Of a DNA stretch of 64,000 nt, positions 1 through 13,867 are shown piece by piece; positions within the stretch are counted from its first letter, which is position 1, and each line of letters begins with the position of its first letter. The position numbers and the translations under genes were made by a program. Source of the DNA: Cenococcum geophilum (lineage: Eukaryota); the NCBI GenBank assembly GCA_050273025.1, contig CP158635.1, positions 3,038,001 through 3,102,000 on the forward strand, in the 5' to 3' direction. Under the pieces are notes generated by a model. That model made no database searches. It was given only the letters and a program-made list of their open reading frames with translations, and was not told the DNA's origin.

Positions 1-542
1 ATATATATTTTAAAAAAAAAGCGGTTTTAGCCTATATAAGTAGCTGGTTTAATATAAGAATATTCTGTTATAGCTTAGCTGGCAGCGCTATATATTATAA
101 GGTTAGAAGTTACTATTGGTGCCTATAAGAGGGTTAGGATATATAAGCTAGTAGATAGATAATATAGTAACCGCTAGTAGGGTGTGGTTTCTATAAGAGG
201 ATAAGCCCTTAAAATGTTATTATACTTATTAGGCCTATATATAATAGGGAAATATATATAATTAAGATCTATGGTTTAATTTAGGGCTCTATATATACTA
301 TATCCTAATTACAGATTATATCGGTTCTTGTTTGCTAGGTAGCTAAATTTAAAGCCTAAACTAGGTTATATCGGCCCTAGGCTAGGTTTTTTAGCTATTA
401 ATTTATTAAGGGGGTAAAGGCTGTAAATAACCGCCTTACCGGCCGCGCCTATATTACTATATTAGAATACTTAGAAGATATAGGGTAATATAAACTATTA
501 TCTTTAATATAACTATTATATAGAGGCGTAGCAAAGTCAAAT

Positions 543-1600
543 ATGGATAGAGAAGGGATTAAGCCCCGTCTGTAGTCGCGTTGTAACGCATTTATAATAT
601 AACGGTTATATTATTAAGTTAGTGTACCGGCTTAGCCTTTAAGGCTTAACTTTCTAGGCAGAGCTAAATAGAGCCTATATTTAGCTCTTTTACGAGTTAT
701 ATAAGAAGAGTAGGATATAAAAGGTCTATATAAATTAGGTTATGCTTACACGAAGTATAATACCCCTTAAAGAAGTTATATTTATTTACTTTATAACGTC
801 CTAATAGCCGGCTTCCTTAAATAATTAACGGTAAGTAATTTAAAGGTAAAGGTAAAGGATAGCACGTTATATTTAATTGAGGTATGCCTTATTTCTAACT
901 CTTTAATAGGGTACTACTAATATTGCTAGGCTATACCGTTTGTCCCGAAGTCTAAAGGCTTAGATAATACCTTTAACGCAGCGGGGTAGGTACGTTAATG
1001 GTAGTTTCCTAATAGCTTTATCGTTTATTAGCCTACTAATATAAATAGAGTATCTTATTAGCCATAGAATGCAAGAATAATTTAGGGTATAATAGTCCTA
1101 GTGCGGAAGAAAATAATGGCGTAGTAAAGCTGCCTAAATGTACTTTATCTTAATACTACTTAACGGAGCTTATTAAACCCGGCTAACTCTTTTTTAGGAG
1201 AAATCTATAAAATAGCGGACCTGTTAATAAAATATAGCTGCATATGCTAAGAATGCTATATTAAAGCTCTTAAGTTTAAAGCTAAATTTATTAAAGTCCT
1301 CGGACTCTAGCTAGGGTATAAATTATACTAAAACAAAAAATTAAAAGCCTTAAAAGAAGCCGGAATAAGACTTTAGAGTATATAGGTAAATAATTTGGAG
1401 AGGCTAAAAATGAAATTATAAAATATAAGCGGAAATAGATATAAACGAGTTGCCTTTTAGTTATTATAGTGTATTATTTGTTTATAGAAGACGCTTTATA
1501 TATAGGATTGGAGTTAAACAGTTTGCACCTTTAGAGTATTTACGGTGTTTATATCCCTACTAATAATTTAGTTAGTAAACGCCCTACTGTTTTCCCGTAA
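543..1600 (+). pseudogene. RIP-destroyed gene-like relic, unknown product (limits approximate)
   Basis: ATG at 543 opens a frame (MDREGIKPRL*SRCNAFII*RLYY...) broken only by TAA/TAG up to a GTAAGT donor at 831. No transposon motifs seen. Confidence 0.3.
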
Positions 1601-2269
1601 CGAACTGAAATTATATTACTAGAAGTTTAGACTACCTCTTGTACAGTACTACCTCTTATATACTTTTCTTTATAAAAAATACTAAAATAAAGGTGCGCTA
1701 AGCCGCTCCCTACCTGTAACACCCTAGATATATAGTTAGTACTTTTTGCACACCCTAAGACCTAGTAGAGGAAGTAGGTGTGCTATATATTAGGATACTT
1801 ATAATGCTTTATGTTTAATAAACCAATTAGCGGATTTTAAGCTCCCTTATCGCTAAGTAGTATAGAATAGACGTTAACCCTTACGGCTGTATTTGCTATA
1901 GAGCTATAATAGATATATAGGGACGTCTTATATTACAGAGCTTATTTTAGCGTTTTATATTTTTTAGGTGTAATATTTTTGTCTATAGATACGTATAAGC
2001 AAAGCTATAGATATGCTTTAGATTTTAGGCAGAAATAGCCTATCTAGTAAGCGACTAGTGTAGCTATGCCGTAATACTAGCAACCTAGAAGCCAACAACG
2101 CCTGCTATCTAAATTTTTATTTACGGCGTAGCTATTTTCCTTAGGCGTACTTATAAAATCAACTTAAATATTAGCTTTCTATAATTATTTACTATAAGCC
2201 TATAATTTCGCATTCGTGCGTCTTAAAGCTTAGGTAGGTTTAGCAACTAATAATAAGCTAGAATATTAC

Positions 2270-4050
2270 ATTAGTCCTCAGAGCTACCTTTATCCCTATA
2301 GGTATAAGGTCTAAAATACAATACGCTTAAAAACAACCGGCCTTGCTATACCGTCCTTCCAACAGAAGGTTAGGCCTAGTGTAATCGCTATTTTAAGGAG
2401 ATAAAGTCTCTAAATATAAACTGGAAGCAAGCTTAGTAGGAAGCTAATAATATTAAAGGGCCCCTTAATTTTGACTCCGCTAACCGGAAAGTGGATAAGT
2501 TGCGTTTAGTTATTAATCTAAAAAGGTAGATTAGTGTACACTTCTATAGGACTAGTAGTGATACCGCTAACCGTATTTAGTAGATTATAGAACTGGAACA
2601 AGATATATAGACCCTTATTAACTGGAGTTTAGGTAGGTTATATGCTATAAGTATAATAAAGCCTAATTAGGTACTTCCTTTCTAATATTATACCTAGGGC
2701 CGAGCCTTGCCGGAACCGACTTTCTAAAGATAAAGATAGTAACGCTAAGCGCCCTCTAAAGCATTCCTAATAATAGCACCGTTATAGTTTTAAAGTATTT
2801 CTATATATACTTCTGCGTAAGCACCGTCTATTAGCTTTATAAAATTGTACTAGACCTTAACGACTTTTTACCGGAGTATAGCGCTGTAAGTCTAGATTTA
2901 AGACCTCTAACGCCTAAGGATGGTGGTACCGATATACTGTGTAGCTGGTTTTAAATTATAGTATTTAATAAAAGCGACCCTAAGGTGCTTAAGCAGGTAA
3001 CTAAAGTAGTAAGTATTAATAAGTTCTTAAAAGGTCTCTACGCTAGCTAGGTAGAGACTTACGTTAACTTCTTTAAGAAGGCATAGCGTCCGTATACTCT
3101 TTAATATCTTAGGGTCGCTATCTAGGTATAAACGCTTACTGCTCTCGAATTTAAGAATATAAGAATTCTAGGCGGCGTTATTCCATCTAATATAGAAGGC
3201 CTAAAAATAACTAAGCCGTACTAGGATATACTCTATTAATAGCTCCTAAAGCTCCTTACTTCTTAAACTCTTCTAACTATCTATAAAAGCTTTAAAGATT
3301 ATAGCTCTATTTATAAGCTATTAATAATAGGATTATATAATAAATATTAGTGCGACCCGGAAAGCCTTCTACTTAAATATACTACTGTAGTATATCTCGG
3401 TTTTATGCCTTCTAATAAGGTTAACTATAAGAGCTTCCTACCTTCTATAAACCTAAAGGATAGTTTGGTTTCGTAAGTCTAGTATTAAAACTATATAATA
3501 GGATAGATGGCTATAGGTAATTCGTTAACCTATTAGCTTCTAAATAAGTTATAAAAGCGACCCGACTGCCTATTACTTGTTGTCTATAAAGGAACTAACG
3601 CCGATAACACAGTCTATCCGTTTAAAGATAATGCCCCTATTAGGCGGCGCCGTTTAGCAAAGACGGAGGAGGAACTTAAGAACGTTAAGTGGATAACTAA
3701 GGTTACTTTAGAAGATATAAAAAACACTTTAAGGAAAAACTCGGTATATAATCCGCTAGTGGTAGACTCTTGGCAATTTATTATTATCGATAGGCAACCT
3801 AGCTTACCGTTCTTACTTTTTAATATTATCTAGGACGCTTTGCTAATACTTATTAGCGACTCCTCCCTAAGGCAACTAGCTAAAAGAGTTATTTAAGATA
3901 TAATCCCGCCTGCGATTTAGGATATATTTGGGAGGAAATAACCCTATAAAATACCTTCGATTTAGGATACCTATCCCCTTAGGATATTAAATATAAGGGA
4001 ACCAGATTTAGGTCTTGGGACTTAGATAAAGGATTACTTGCAAGTCGTTA
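2270..4050 (+). pseudogene. RIP-destroyed copy of a cellular-type fungal hypothetical gene (limits approximate)
   Basis: Long frames broken only by RIP-type stops, e.g. CNRYFKEIKSLNINWKQA**EANN...KLRLVINLKR*ISVHFYRTSSDTA (~2380-2570) and YNPLVVDSWQFIIIDRQP (~3750-3800). From memory it resembles a conserved uncharacterised Pezizomycotina protein; not verified by search. Confidence 0.5.
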
Positions 4051-5840
4051 GTCCGAATTTAAGAAATCTCGTACTAGAGATAAAGATCGGTTTATTATAT
4101 CCGTCGTTTAGGATATAGAAAAAAGAGGTGTAATTAGTCTTAATCTGGAATGCGGACCTACCTAGACTCGGCTATTGGCTATTTAAGGTACAGATAGAGG
4201 CCTTGACCTATACTTCCCATACGACTTTAGAGAAAAATTACTAGAGTTATTAGAGTCTATAATATCCTATAGAGCACTCCCTCCACCTAATTGTCCCGTT
4301 AAATGTGCGGAGACTTTTAAAGAGAAGTATCTAAATGCGCTTATAGCTAAGGGTTTAATTTAGACCTACTACTATACTTGGCTTATGCCGGCTATTAAAT
4401 GAGTAGGGAAGGCTGGGCTCAATTTCGGCACCTAGTAAGGCTACGTCTATTGTTAGAGATCTATACCGTTTAATAGACCTTAGTTAAAGCAAATATGGCA
4501 GTATTATATCTACTGCTATATAAACGCAAAACACCCCTTTATAATGTTTTACCTTATAACCTTTGTTATTTATACTACTAATAAGACTAATATTTAAGAT
4601 ATAATGGCTACTATTTTGGATAAAGCGGAGACGTATAGCTAGAAGCTTATAATTCTACCCCTCTATAATTGGACTTCGGATATCCAGAGTTTAAATTTAG
4701 ATAGAACTTTTTATAGAATTAGACCTACATAGTGGTGTATTTACGGCGGCTTCGTTTTGGGGGCTTAATAGGGGGGTGGTATAAAGTTATTGGGGGATTT
4801 TTATAGACGGGGTATATATAGCACGCAGGTCGCGTACTACGTATATCGTATATTGGCGTACTATAGGGGTTGTGGGGAGTTTAAGATGTACTTTAGCACG
4901 TATAATCCTTACCTAGATATCTTCTTTCCTTTATAGTCAATCTGGTATTTATTAGACGATAAAACGTGGCCTTATTTACCTTATTTCTGCGCTACTTAGA
5001 CTAGTAGGACCTGTTTATTAAGATGAACTCTACTTATTCCTTTAATACTACCGCAATCGCGCTTTCCTTCGCTATTACTACTACTATAGCTTATATATTT
5101 GCAATAGGTATTAATATTTATATCCTTTTTTAGGAACGTATACCCTTTTACAGCTTTACTAAGGTTTTTATGGTTATTGCTTATAGGGCATATATTACTT
5201 TTACAGTTTCGGTATTTATATTTTTAGAAATAGCCTAAAAGCAGCACGGGACTAGATAAAAGTTTAAAAATATTTCCCTAGTAGTAATAGATTGCGCGCT
5301 AAAAATGGTAATATTTTTAATTATAAGTACGGTATCTAACCTTCTTTTTATAGCTAATATTATTTATAGACCCTAAAAACTACTATATTACTTAAAATTA
5401 GCGCAGTAAAAACGTTTAGGCAAGCCATCTCTTATAGGGTTCTAGCTGGATGGTCGTTTCTTACTATAGTAAAGGTGGCTTTAATATTATTTTCGGCATT
5501 TATATAAGTAAAAGGTTTTAACTTTTAGCTCTAAATGCTAAATTTATTAAAGTGGAACTCCTAGGATAAAAGTATAGGTGCGCCGCTTAATATATGGCAT
5601 TCTTATTATAAAGCAAATTTACCTAATTCATATCCTAACCTGGGAACGCTAAAAGGGTTTATTTCGCTTAATAAGGAGAGGTATTAGAATCTAGGGCTGG
5701 ATATAAGTTATCTTACTATTTCTTATAAGTATTATAATTATTATATCTCTAGTCCTCCCTTAAAAACTTCTAGGGGATAGCTTAACTATACACTAGGTAC
5801 TTTTTTTCTAGCTACCCCTATTTAAATCGCTAATAGTTAT

Positions 5841-6010
5841 TGTCGGTATACTCGCTTTATCAACGTGCACGAATATCACTTATAGTGGTACGTATGCGGT
5901 GTTGAAGTTAGTAGTTGATTGTTGTCTAGAAGAAAGGGGTTGCTCTAAGGTCAGACAGTTAGTCTCGCTTCGTAGTCCCGTAACTACGTTACGTGATTAA
6001 TGTTCCGACA
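5841..6010 (-). repeat. 3' LTR of GalEa Copia element 1
   Basis: Direct repeat of 11854-12023 with TG...CA ends. Confidence 0.95.
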
Positions 6011-9000
6011 CTAGAGCAACTCTAAAAAGAAGGCTAATCTACACTCTAAAGTTAAGTCTTCTAGACTACTCGTAACATATACGCAATAGCGACTTTCTGC
6101 TAAATTCTGCTATAATACCGAATTCTGCCAAATTCTGCCATGTTACCAAATTCTGCTAAATTCTGCCGAACCTAACTTCTGCCAACTAATTAGGATTTTC
6201 CATCCCCGGGATAGAAAATCGCTATTGGCTCGCTTAGTACTAGCGCCAACGCTAAACTAAAGTTAAATCCGTTCGCTTAACCCACCCTACGGCCCGTAAT
6301 TTAACTTAATTCGTATTAATAAGCTATAATAGTGCCGTATAGGGCTTACCCTTTGTTATAGCGTCCGTAGGGTTAGTATCTCCATTAATCTACTTAACTT
6401 TAGTAATCTGTTTTTATTTATAAGCTTAGCGAAGGCACATTATATTAATTATTAAGCGTTTTTCTTACGTAGTTTTTAGTCAGATAAGACAGTCGTATAA
6501 AGACTTTAAATTAGTATAGAGAATAAGTGGTAAGTTAACCTATAAGACCTTGTCTAGCGTGGATTTAATTATAGCACCTATATTAAAACTATGCGCCATA
6601 CTATATAACTCTAAGGCTAATACACTCCTAGTAACTCTTTTGCACTTAATTAAGGACTAGTAGACGATATTTACCTTATTTAAGGCGTCTGCTAGTATAA
6701 GTATGTAGCCAATTTACAAAGATAAGTCCTTATTGTTGGCGAAGGAAGCATTTATAAATACTAGGAGTTATAAGGTGTTGATGTCTAGCTTAACGAACTT
6801 TAGGCCTCTATTTACGTTCTTAATCTGCCAGCTTAATTGCTTATTAAGACTCTTTACATCGTCTTTAACTGGGTTAATTACTTAGGTAGTAAAGAATAGG
6901 TTGAATAAGGCCTCTAGCTGACAGACTAAGGCGATATAGGCTCCTCTAGCGCGTTAAGCGATATACTAGTTCTTTAGCGTAAGCAGGCCACGTGTAACTC
7001 CTCTGGGGCTAGTGCTGTCTACTAGCGTAGTATTAACTACACTAAGGTTCTTACACTGGCGCTTTTATGTTAGCGTAATACTCCTGTCTTATATTAATTA
7101 AATAAGTCCTCCGTTAAACTTAATTGGTATATTAGCGGTTAATTACTCTCGCTCCTTAGCCATAAATTTGGCCTTATATAGTTCGCTTTATTTAGCCTCT
7201 ATAAAGGTATTATCTGCAAGGAATAGTGTATTATTAGTCTATAGGCCAACGATTCTAAAAGGCTTGTTGTTATAGAGCAAGCAAGGGTTATACGTGGACT
7301 AGTCTATTCGCAGCTAATTAACGTAGTGTAAATAGTAGGTCTTAAACCAGTGGTTTTTAGCTTTAGGTACTCTATAAAGTAGCTTTATAACCTTTAGAAT
7401 GGAGTCCGTATTAATTCCTAATTGTTTATTTAGCTTATATAGTGGTTATACGTAGAACTTACGGTTTAGGTTTGTAGTAGACTAGACGTAGGCTTATAAG
7501 ATATCTTAGAGGTAGAGTTATGTCTATGGTAGCATAGCAGCGATATAGAGAATTAGCCGCTGGCTAACTTGTTGAATTATTAGTAACTAAGTAAGGACCA
7601 GCTCTTTCTCTAAGTTATTATAAGCCTATATAACAAGTTGTAATTTCTTAAAGGCTTTATTAGTTCCCTTATTCTTAATCTTATTAACAAACCGTGAATT
7701 AAAGAGTCTGACCCCCTTTGGTATATTATGTAGTTTAATGATTTTAAAGACGCCTTTCTTAAGTAGGCCTATGACCTCCTTTTATTGTGAAGCGCTAAAT
7801 TAGGTGTTGCTATCGTTCTATAAGTAAATAGTAGTGCCAGCCGTATCTGCGGTATTATTGTCCTGTAAGTAGATAGCGATATCTATAATATCCGCAATAT
7901 CCGCAATATCACCCGTAAAAGCGTCTATATCTATCGTAGCATCCGTAATAGTTATATCTGCGACAGCCGTAAGTAATGGGTATTTACGGGGGCGACCTCT
8001 ACCTTACTTTGGCGGTAGCTATAGTTCGGCTTTAGGTAATAATTAAGGTTTAGCTAGTAAAGGTACTGGTTTAGCTAATTCAACAGGCTCTCGTAGTTTA
8101 ACTGGGTCTTATAGGTCTAGTAGGTAAGGTTTTACAATCGTAGAGCGGAAGGTCGTAGGCCTATTTAATAGCTTTACGGTATAGGTCTTACTGTCAACAG
8201 CAAGTAGCGTATATGGCCTATCCCAATAACCACTCTGGCCAGTATTGCCTTCTTTCCAGACTAAGACAGGCAAATTAGGTGGGAGGCCGTAAATAGCGTT
8301 AGTTTATGGTCCATTTCACATATTAAGAGCGTCAGCAATCTATCGTTTAGCTTATAACTTCTAGATTTCCACCATTGCTTTCTTAATGGCCGCAGCTCGC
8401 TATATAACTGAAGGTAATGGCGCGTCCGATTTAACTATTTAGGGGTAAGCTCTAAAGACTAGGAGTGTAGGGACTAGGCCTTCTGGGCTAGCTATATTAT
8501 TAATAGCTTTAAAGGCCATTTATAGGGCCATCTCCTTACTAATTTCAGGGATTTTAGTCATAATGATTTGGTAGGCTCGTTATAGCGGACTATAGTAGCG
8601 TTCTACCATTCTAATGGAATTATATAATTTGACCGGAACTAACTTTGTGGTTACTCCCATAGTAGCAGCGTAGTGTTTAAACTCCTTACTAATAAAGTTC
8701 TTCCTAGCGTCTGTGGTGATTAAGTCTGGTGGTCCTAAATAGCTATTAATTTAGCATATTCATAGAACGTCCTAAGTGTACTTGGCGCTGATATCTCGTA
8801 GCTATTTACCAGCTTAAAATTAAGTTGCTTCGTTAACTACGTATAGTAGGGGGGAGCCGTTAATATACATAATGTTAATAATAATATTATAATTAAAATT
8901 AACGTCGTCTTATAAGGTGAAGCGAAATCTACCTAGAAATCTGCTAAACTTCTAGCAATAGTAGCAGAGTCTAGTTAGCTCTTCGATAGCAGATCTATTA

Positions 9001-11525
9001 GTATTATAGCCGTAGCTAGTCTTATTAAGAAGCTTTTATAGTCTATTAACTGATAGGTAACCAAATTAATGGTATAGGCGTTGTAGTTCTATATTAGTTA
9101 AATAGCAAGGGTTCGTATTAAAAGACTCGACGAGATAGGACTATAAGGAGAAGCTCTATAAGAGAAATAGGTGGCCAAATTATCTAACCACTAGCACCTT
9201 TTTAGTGCGAGTAATAATAACGTCCTTTAGGTTATCGTATTTAATATAGAGTCTATCTATATCTACTAAGTAAAGTAAAAAGGGAGTATCTGCTTTAATA
9301 ATATGGAATTATACCTTGCCTATGGGGCTATTGACGTCTATAGTTCTAATAGATGTAAAGGCTCTAATCCTGAATTGGATAATTACTTAGCCCTTAATTA
9401 ACGTGTTAAGACTTACGGACTTATCTACGGCCTATAGAGCTTAGAATTAACCGTAGCTAGCTATAGACTTACGCGAAGCACCTATATTAATTATGATTCC
9501 CATAAAGACCGTTAAGGTATACCGTAACGCTATAGCTGTAGCCGTACTATAGGCAAATGGGTCGGTCTCCGTGTAAGGCTCCGTAGTAGACTCTATAGTA
9601 AGTATTAAAGCTATAAGCAGGTGCGTATAAGCCTTATTAGCTAGCTCTACGCTTATAAAGGTTGCTTTTTTTATAGTAAGCGTTTTAAAGGTAGTGATGT
9701 AGGTAGAACTATCATCAGGTTCTCCAGCATTGCTTCTAGAGTTATTAGCGTCGTATATATAGGCTTTAAAGTCTAAGTTATCCTCTTTATCTCTTTCGTA
9801 AGCAGCGACGTATTACTTAAAGTGGTTATCAAAGTTGCCCTTATTGCGGCCCTTAATATCAATAAAGCGTCTCTTATAGTTATCTCTAGACCGATTGCGC
9901 TCCTCCTCTATATATTTCCACGAACGGTAGTCCTCCTTTTTGTAGACGTAGCACTTGGCCTTTAGTCTGCCATTAGTTCTACAAGAGCGATTGCTGCCGT
10001 AGCGATTAGTGTTTTAGTCTTGACTTTAGTCATTCCAATAGTAGCGTTAATCCGTAAAAAAGGCTTAGTAAGATAGTCTTATTAAGGCCTATAAGGGGTA
10101 TTCTTTTTCCTATATAACAATAGAGGATTATAGCTTGCTAATTAACTAAGAAAGGTCTTTTAAGGGGTTAGAGACAGCGATATGGCATACTAGTACTCCC
10201 TAGTAAGCGGTAACCAACTTATTTATAAGAATGCGGTTTATATAAAAGTCTAGGTATAGTCTATAACGTTACTTTAGCAGTTTGTTTATAAGCAGTTAGA
10301 AGTTCTAATAGATTAACTTATTAGGGTTCTCGTCCATAACTTCTTAAAGGGTTATGCTGTTCCACTCTATAAGGTTCTTATAGTAGTATTCTAGCCCTTT
10401 AAAGAACTGTCGTATATAGTTATAGGCTTTAGTAAAAGGTCTTAACTCGAGGTTGCTGTTATAGTAGTGGTCCTAAGCAAGCCCTTTTAGCATGCTAGGG
10501 AATGCTACTATGTAGCCTTCTAGTGGCAAGCCAGATCTCTTGTAGATGTTGTAAAAGATAGTTAACTTAAAGTTAAAGCTATTACTAACTCTATTGTACT
10601 TTTAGTCGTCTATATAGATCTTTATAATTATGGCCACCTTTTTACTATATCTAGGTCCTTGTCTAGGTCCTTACTCCACACTAGGCATAGCTAGTTTAGG
10701 TAGTATATATATATATAGCTGCTGCGGTTACTGTAGTTGCTATTCTCTTAGCCATAGCAGTTAGTTAATAAAAGCGTGGATTTATTTATAATTGGGGGAT
10801 TAAGGACCAAGAGGGGTAACAGGGGTAGCGGGGGTAGCAATTGGAGTAGCTAGTGGAATTGGCGGAGTAGTTAGTAGTAGGGCTAGAGTTAAAAATACGG
10901 GTGTTTGCGTACTAGACCCAGGTGGTATTGCAACTATAGCTATACGCTAAGCCGATAGACCGTTATAAGTGTGGTTTAACCTATTTCGCAGTGCTCTCGT
11001 AGCTAGTGGTTCTGCTAACTCCTTAATAGTTACTATAATCTCCTCATCTATCCATTAATGCAGCTCTTCTTATTATATAACTTTAAATAACAGTTCGGAT
11101 ATAGTAACTCTGTTGCTAGGTTTGCCTACATATATACCTCCTTTAAGGAGATATTTTCGCAGCTTAGATCTGGTATCTGTGCGTATCTTCTTAAAGTTCT
11201 CTACTATAAACCCTTTAAACTACTCTTAAAAGATGGTCTATAAGTCATTGTCTATAAGGTCTTATATTAGGTATATCATCGTCTATATAAACTCTACTAG
11301 TTCGTTCTTTATAGCCTTATCTACATTAATTCCGTATCCGTATTTACTGGCCATTGCGGCCTATTCTTCCTCCATTTATGCCATAGTTATAGGTATAAGA
11401 GTAGGTATAAGGGTAGGTCGTCGTTTAAGTGTTAAAGTAAGAGTGTAAAGGTGTATACGTGTCCTATCGACGAATTTATAGTTCTTAGATACTGTAGACG
11501 ATTCTTAGCAAAGATACGGTCCTCT

Positions 11526-11815
11526 AGGCGATCTAACGCATTAACAGTTAAGTTAATATGTGGTTTTAAGCTTTAAGGGTCCTTTAGGCGATCTAACGCA
11601 TTAGCAAGCTAATACGTGGTCTTGAGCTTTAAGGATAACGTAGCTCTCTCTAAGTAAAGATACGGTTCTCTAGGCGATTTAACGCGTTAGCAGTTAAGCT
11701 AATACATAGTTTCGAGCTTTGAGGGTAACGTAGTTTTCTCCTTTAACTAAAATAGGGCAATAGCTCTGTGATCTAACGCGTTAGCAGTTAAGCCAATGCG
11801 TGGTTTTAAGCTTTG
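11526..11815. repeat. Four degenerate ~50-bp repeats in the 5' UTR of Copia element 1
   Basis: Unit resembling GCGATCTAACGCATTAGCAGTTAAGCTAATRCGTGGTTTTRAGCTTT recurs at ~11527, 11587, 11673 and 11768. Confidence 0.8.
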
Positions 11816-11853
11816 CTATTGCGTATTTCCTAATCTATACGTCTACTGATTAG

Positions 11854-12023
11854 TATTGGTATACTCGCTTTATCAACGTGCATAAATATCACTTATAGTA
11901 GTACGTATGCGGTGTTAAAGTTAGTAGTTAATTGTTGTCTAGAAGAAAGGGGTTGCTCCAAGGTCAGACAGTTAGTCTCGCTTCGTAGTCCCGTAACTAC
12001 GTCACGTGATTAATGTTCCGACA
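11854..12023 (-). repeat. 5' LTR of GalEa Copia element 1
   Basis: Direct repeat of 5841-6010; the left end reads TATTGG, the RIP form of TGTCGG. Confidence 0.95.
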
Positions 12024-13867
12024 GTTATAGGGTAATTTTTACTTCATATCTATCTTTAACTTTTACTTCTTACCTTTTAGAGTATAGGCCAGATATATTT
12101 TATTCTATTTTAGGCTAGGCTAACTAGCTAGCAACCTAAGCCTAAAAACAACTTATAAATAATCTACTATTTAGGTATATAGATATATTAATAAAAATGG
12201 AGATAAACGGATAAGGTTTTACGCTAATAACTCTATATCTTACAGCCTATAAACGAATTTATCTCTTTATCTATCGTTACTAAAGTATTAGAATAAAATC
12301 TTAGCCTAGAAAGATATAAATCTCCCTTATTACCTTTTAGGAAGTTAAAGGATACGGACTACTCCACAGCCCTATTATATACTCTTAACCTATAAACTTA
12401 GTAAAGGGGAATTACAACTAGCTCGCATTTAGGGCATTACTATATAACTAGGGATAGTAAAGGTAGATTTTGTCTCTATACTATTAATAGATCGCCGTAT
12501 TACTAGCGCGATATTTATAGAAATTTTGAGTATAATTTATATACCCTACTAGTAAATTATATTTCCGCGTATAATTATTATTAACTCTCTTAAAGAACAA
12601 AGTTTGCAGTTCGGTTTCCATTATTATTTATTAAGTTATAGTGGCGAAGCTGGAGTTAATCTAACCTTTGTTTTACTGCCTAGACTAAAGGAGCTTCTAC
12701 TAGTCTAAATTAGCTAGGAAATGCCTCTAGATTAATATACCGGAGTACCTATCCGTAATAGTCCTAATAATGCCCTTATCCGGCTAATAGATTGCCTCCC
12801 TACTAGGGTTATTAATAATAAATAAATGAATAAATAGGCCTAATATTGCATTTAATTTATAAGCTAACTAAAATATCGCGATATAAATGAATAATCGCGA
12901 TATCTTAGATATAGGCGGTATTACCGGTCTTGGCATGGTAGGGTATACTAATCGATGGGGCCGATGTCTCCCTAGAGGCCTCCACCTCCCTCTACCCCCC
13001 CTAAACATTTACTAATAGCTCTCTCCTCTAGCCTTATACAACTCGCCCTTTTGCCTATAACTTTAAGTACTTTAAAGGCTTAATATTTACTAGCCTAAGC
13101 CTCTATATATATTTATAATTTTATAAATATTCATTTATAAGGGCTGGTAAAATATTTAATTATTATTACTCCTTATAAATGAATATATCGCTATAAAGCA
13201 ATAAATAAAAATATTATTAACAACCCTGCTCTCCACGCTTCCTCCAACAGTCTCTTACCCTTTAACTTAGCAGTCCACTCCCTAACAGTCTATCTTTTTA
13301 ACTTTTTATATTCTACTCTTCTACTATCTTAATTATAAATCTTAATACTCCTTCTAGAGACTTTTTAGTGTCTAATTTAGAGCCAAATAAGGTTAACTTA
13401 ACTCTTAAACCACGAAGTCTAGCTAAAGACCTTCCTCCTTATTTTAAGTCACTTAGATACGGCTCGTATATAACTTATTAGCGGGTAGGTAATAGAAAAC
13501 GGTTAACAATCTACGTCCTAACTAAATATTAGAGACTTAACTCTACACTTCTCTATAGTTATTGTAGAATTTTCTTAGTTCTGTATATATATGTTTATCA
13601 GCGCGCTAACTTTATAAAAACCTAGTAAATTCTTAAAGTATATAGTTTCTAAGCGCAGTATAAATCCTTTTAGGAATTACCCTACTATAGACTTTAAGAC
13701 AAGCGGCTGTAAACCGTGTATATTTATAGGCAGCTATTTTAATCTAGGTAAATACGTTTAATTAGGGAGCCAACTATAATACAGACTATAAACGTTAACT
13801 TAAATACAACCTTCCTTCTTCTATATCTATCCCTTACCCAATGCTATAGGTTATAGCCTAAGAAATA

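Larger units (their letters stand above)
5841..12023 (-). mobile_element. Full-length RIPped Ty1/Copia LTR retrotransposon, GalEa clade
   Basis: 170-bp LTRs 5841-6010 and 11854-12023 (TGTCGG...CCGACA); TSD GTTAT at 5836-5840 and 12024-12028. Minus-strand RNase H motif ASFANNKDL near 6720-6760; integrase lies before RT; CTAATCAGT directly follows the 5' LTR. Confidence 0.95.

Noticed and set aside
1..20. A-run at the window start resembling the tail of a third gag-only retroposon
   Set aside because: The element body and left TSD would lie outside the window, so it cannot be supported.
13140..13228. Possible ~90-bp MITE (AGGGCTGGTAA...TTAACAACCCT)
   Set aside because: Imperfect inverted ends, no TSD and no second copy in the window.
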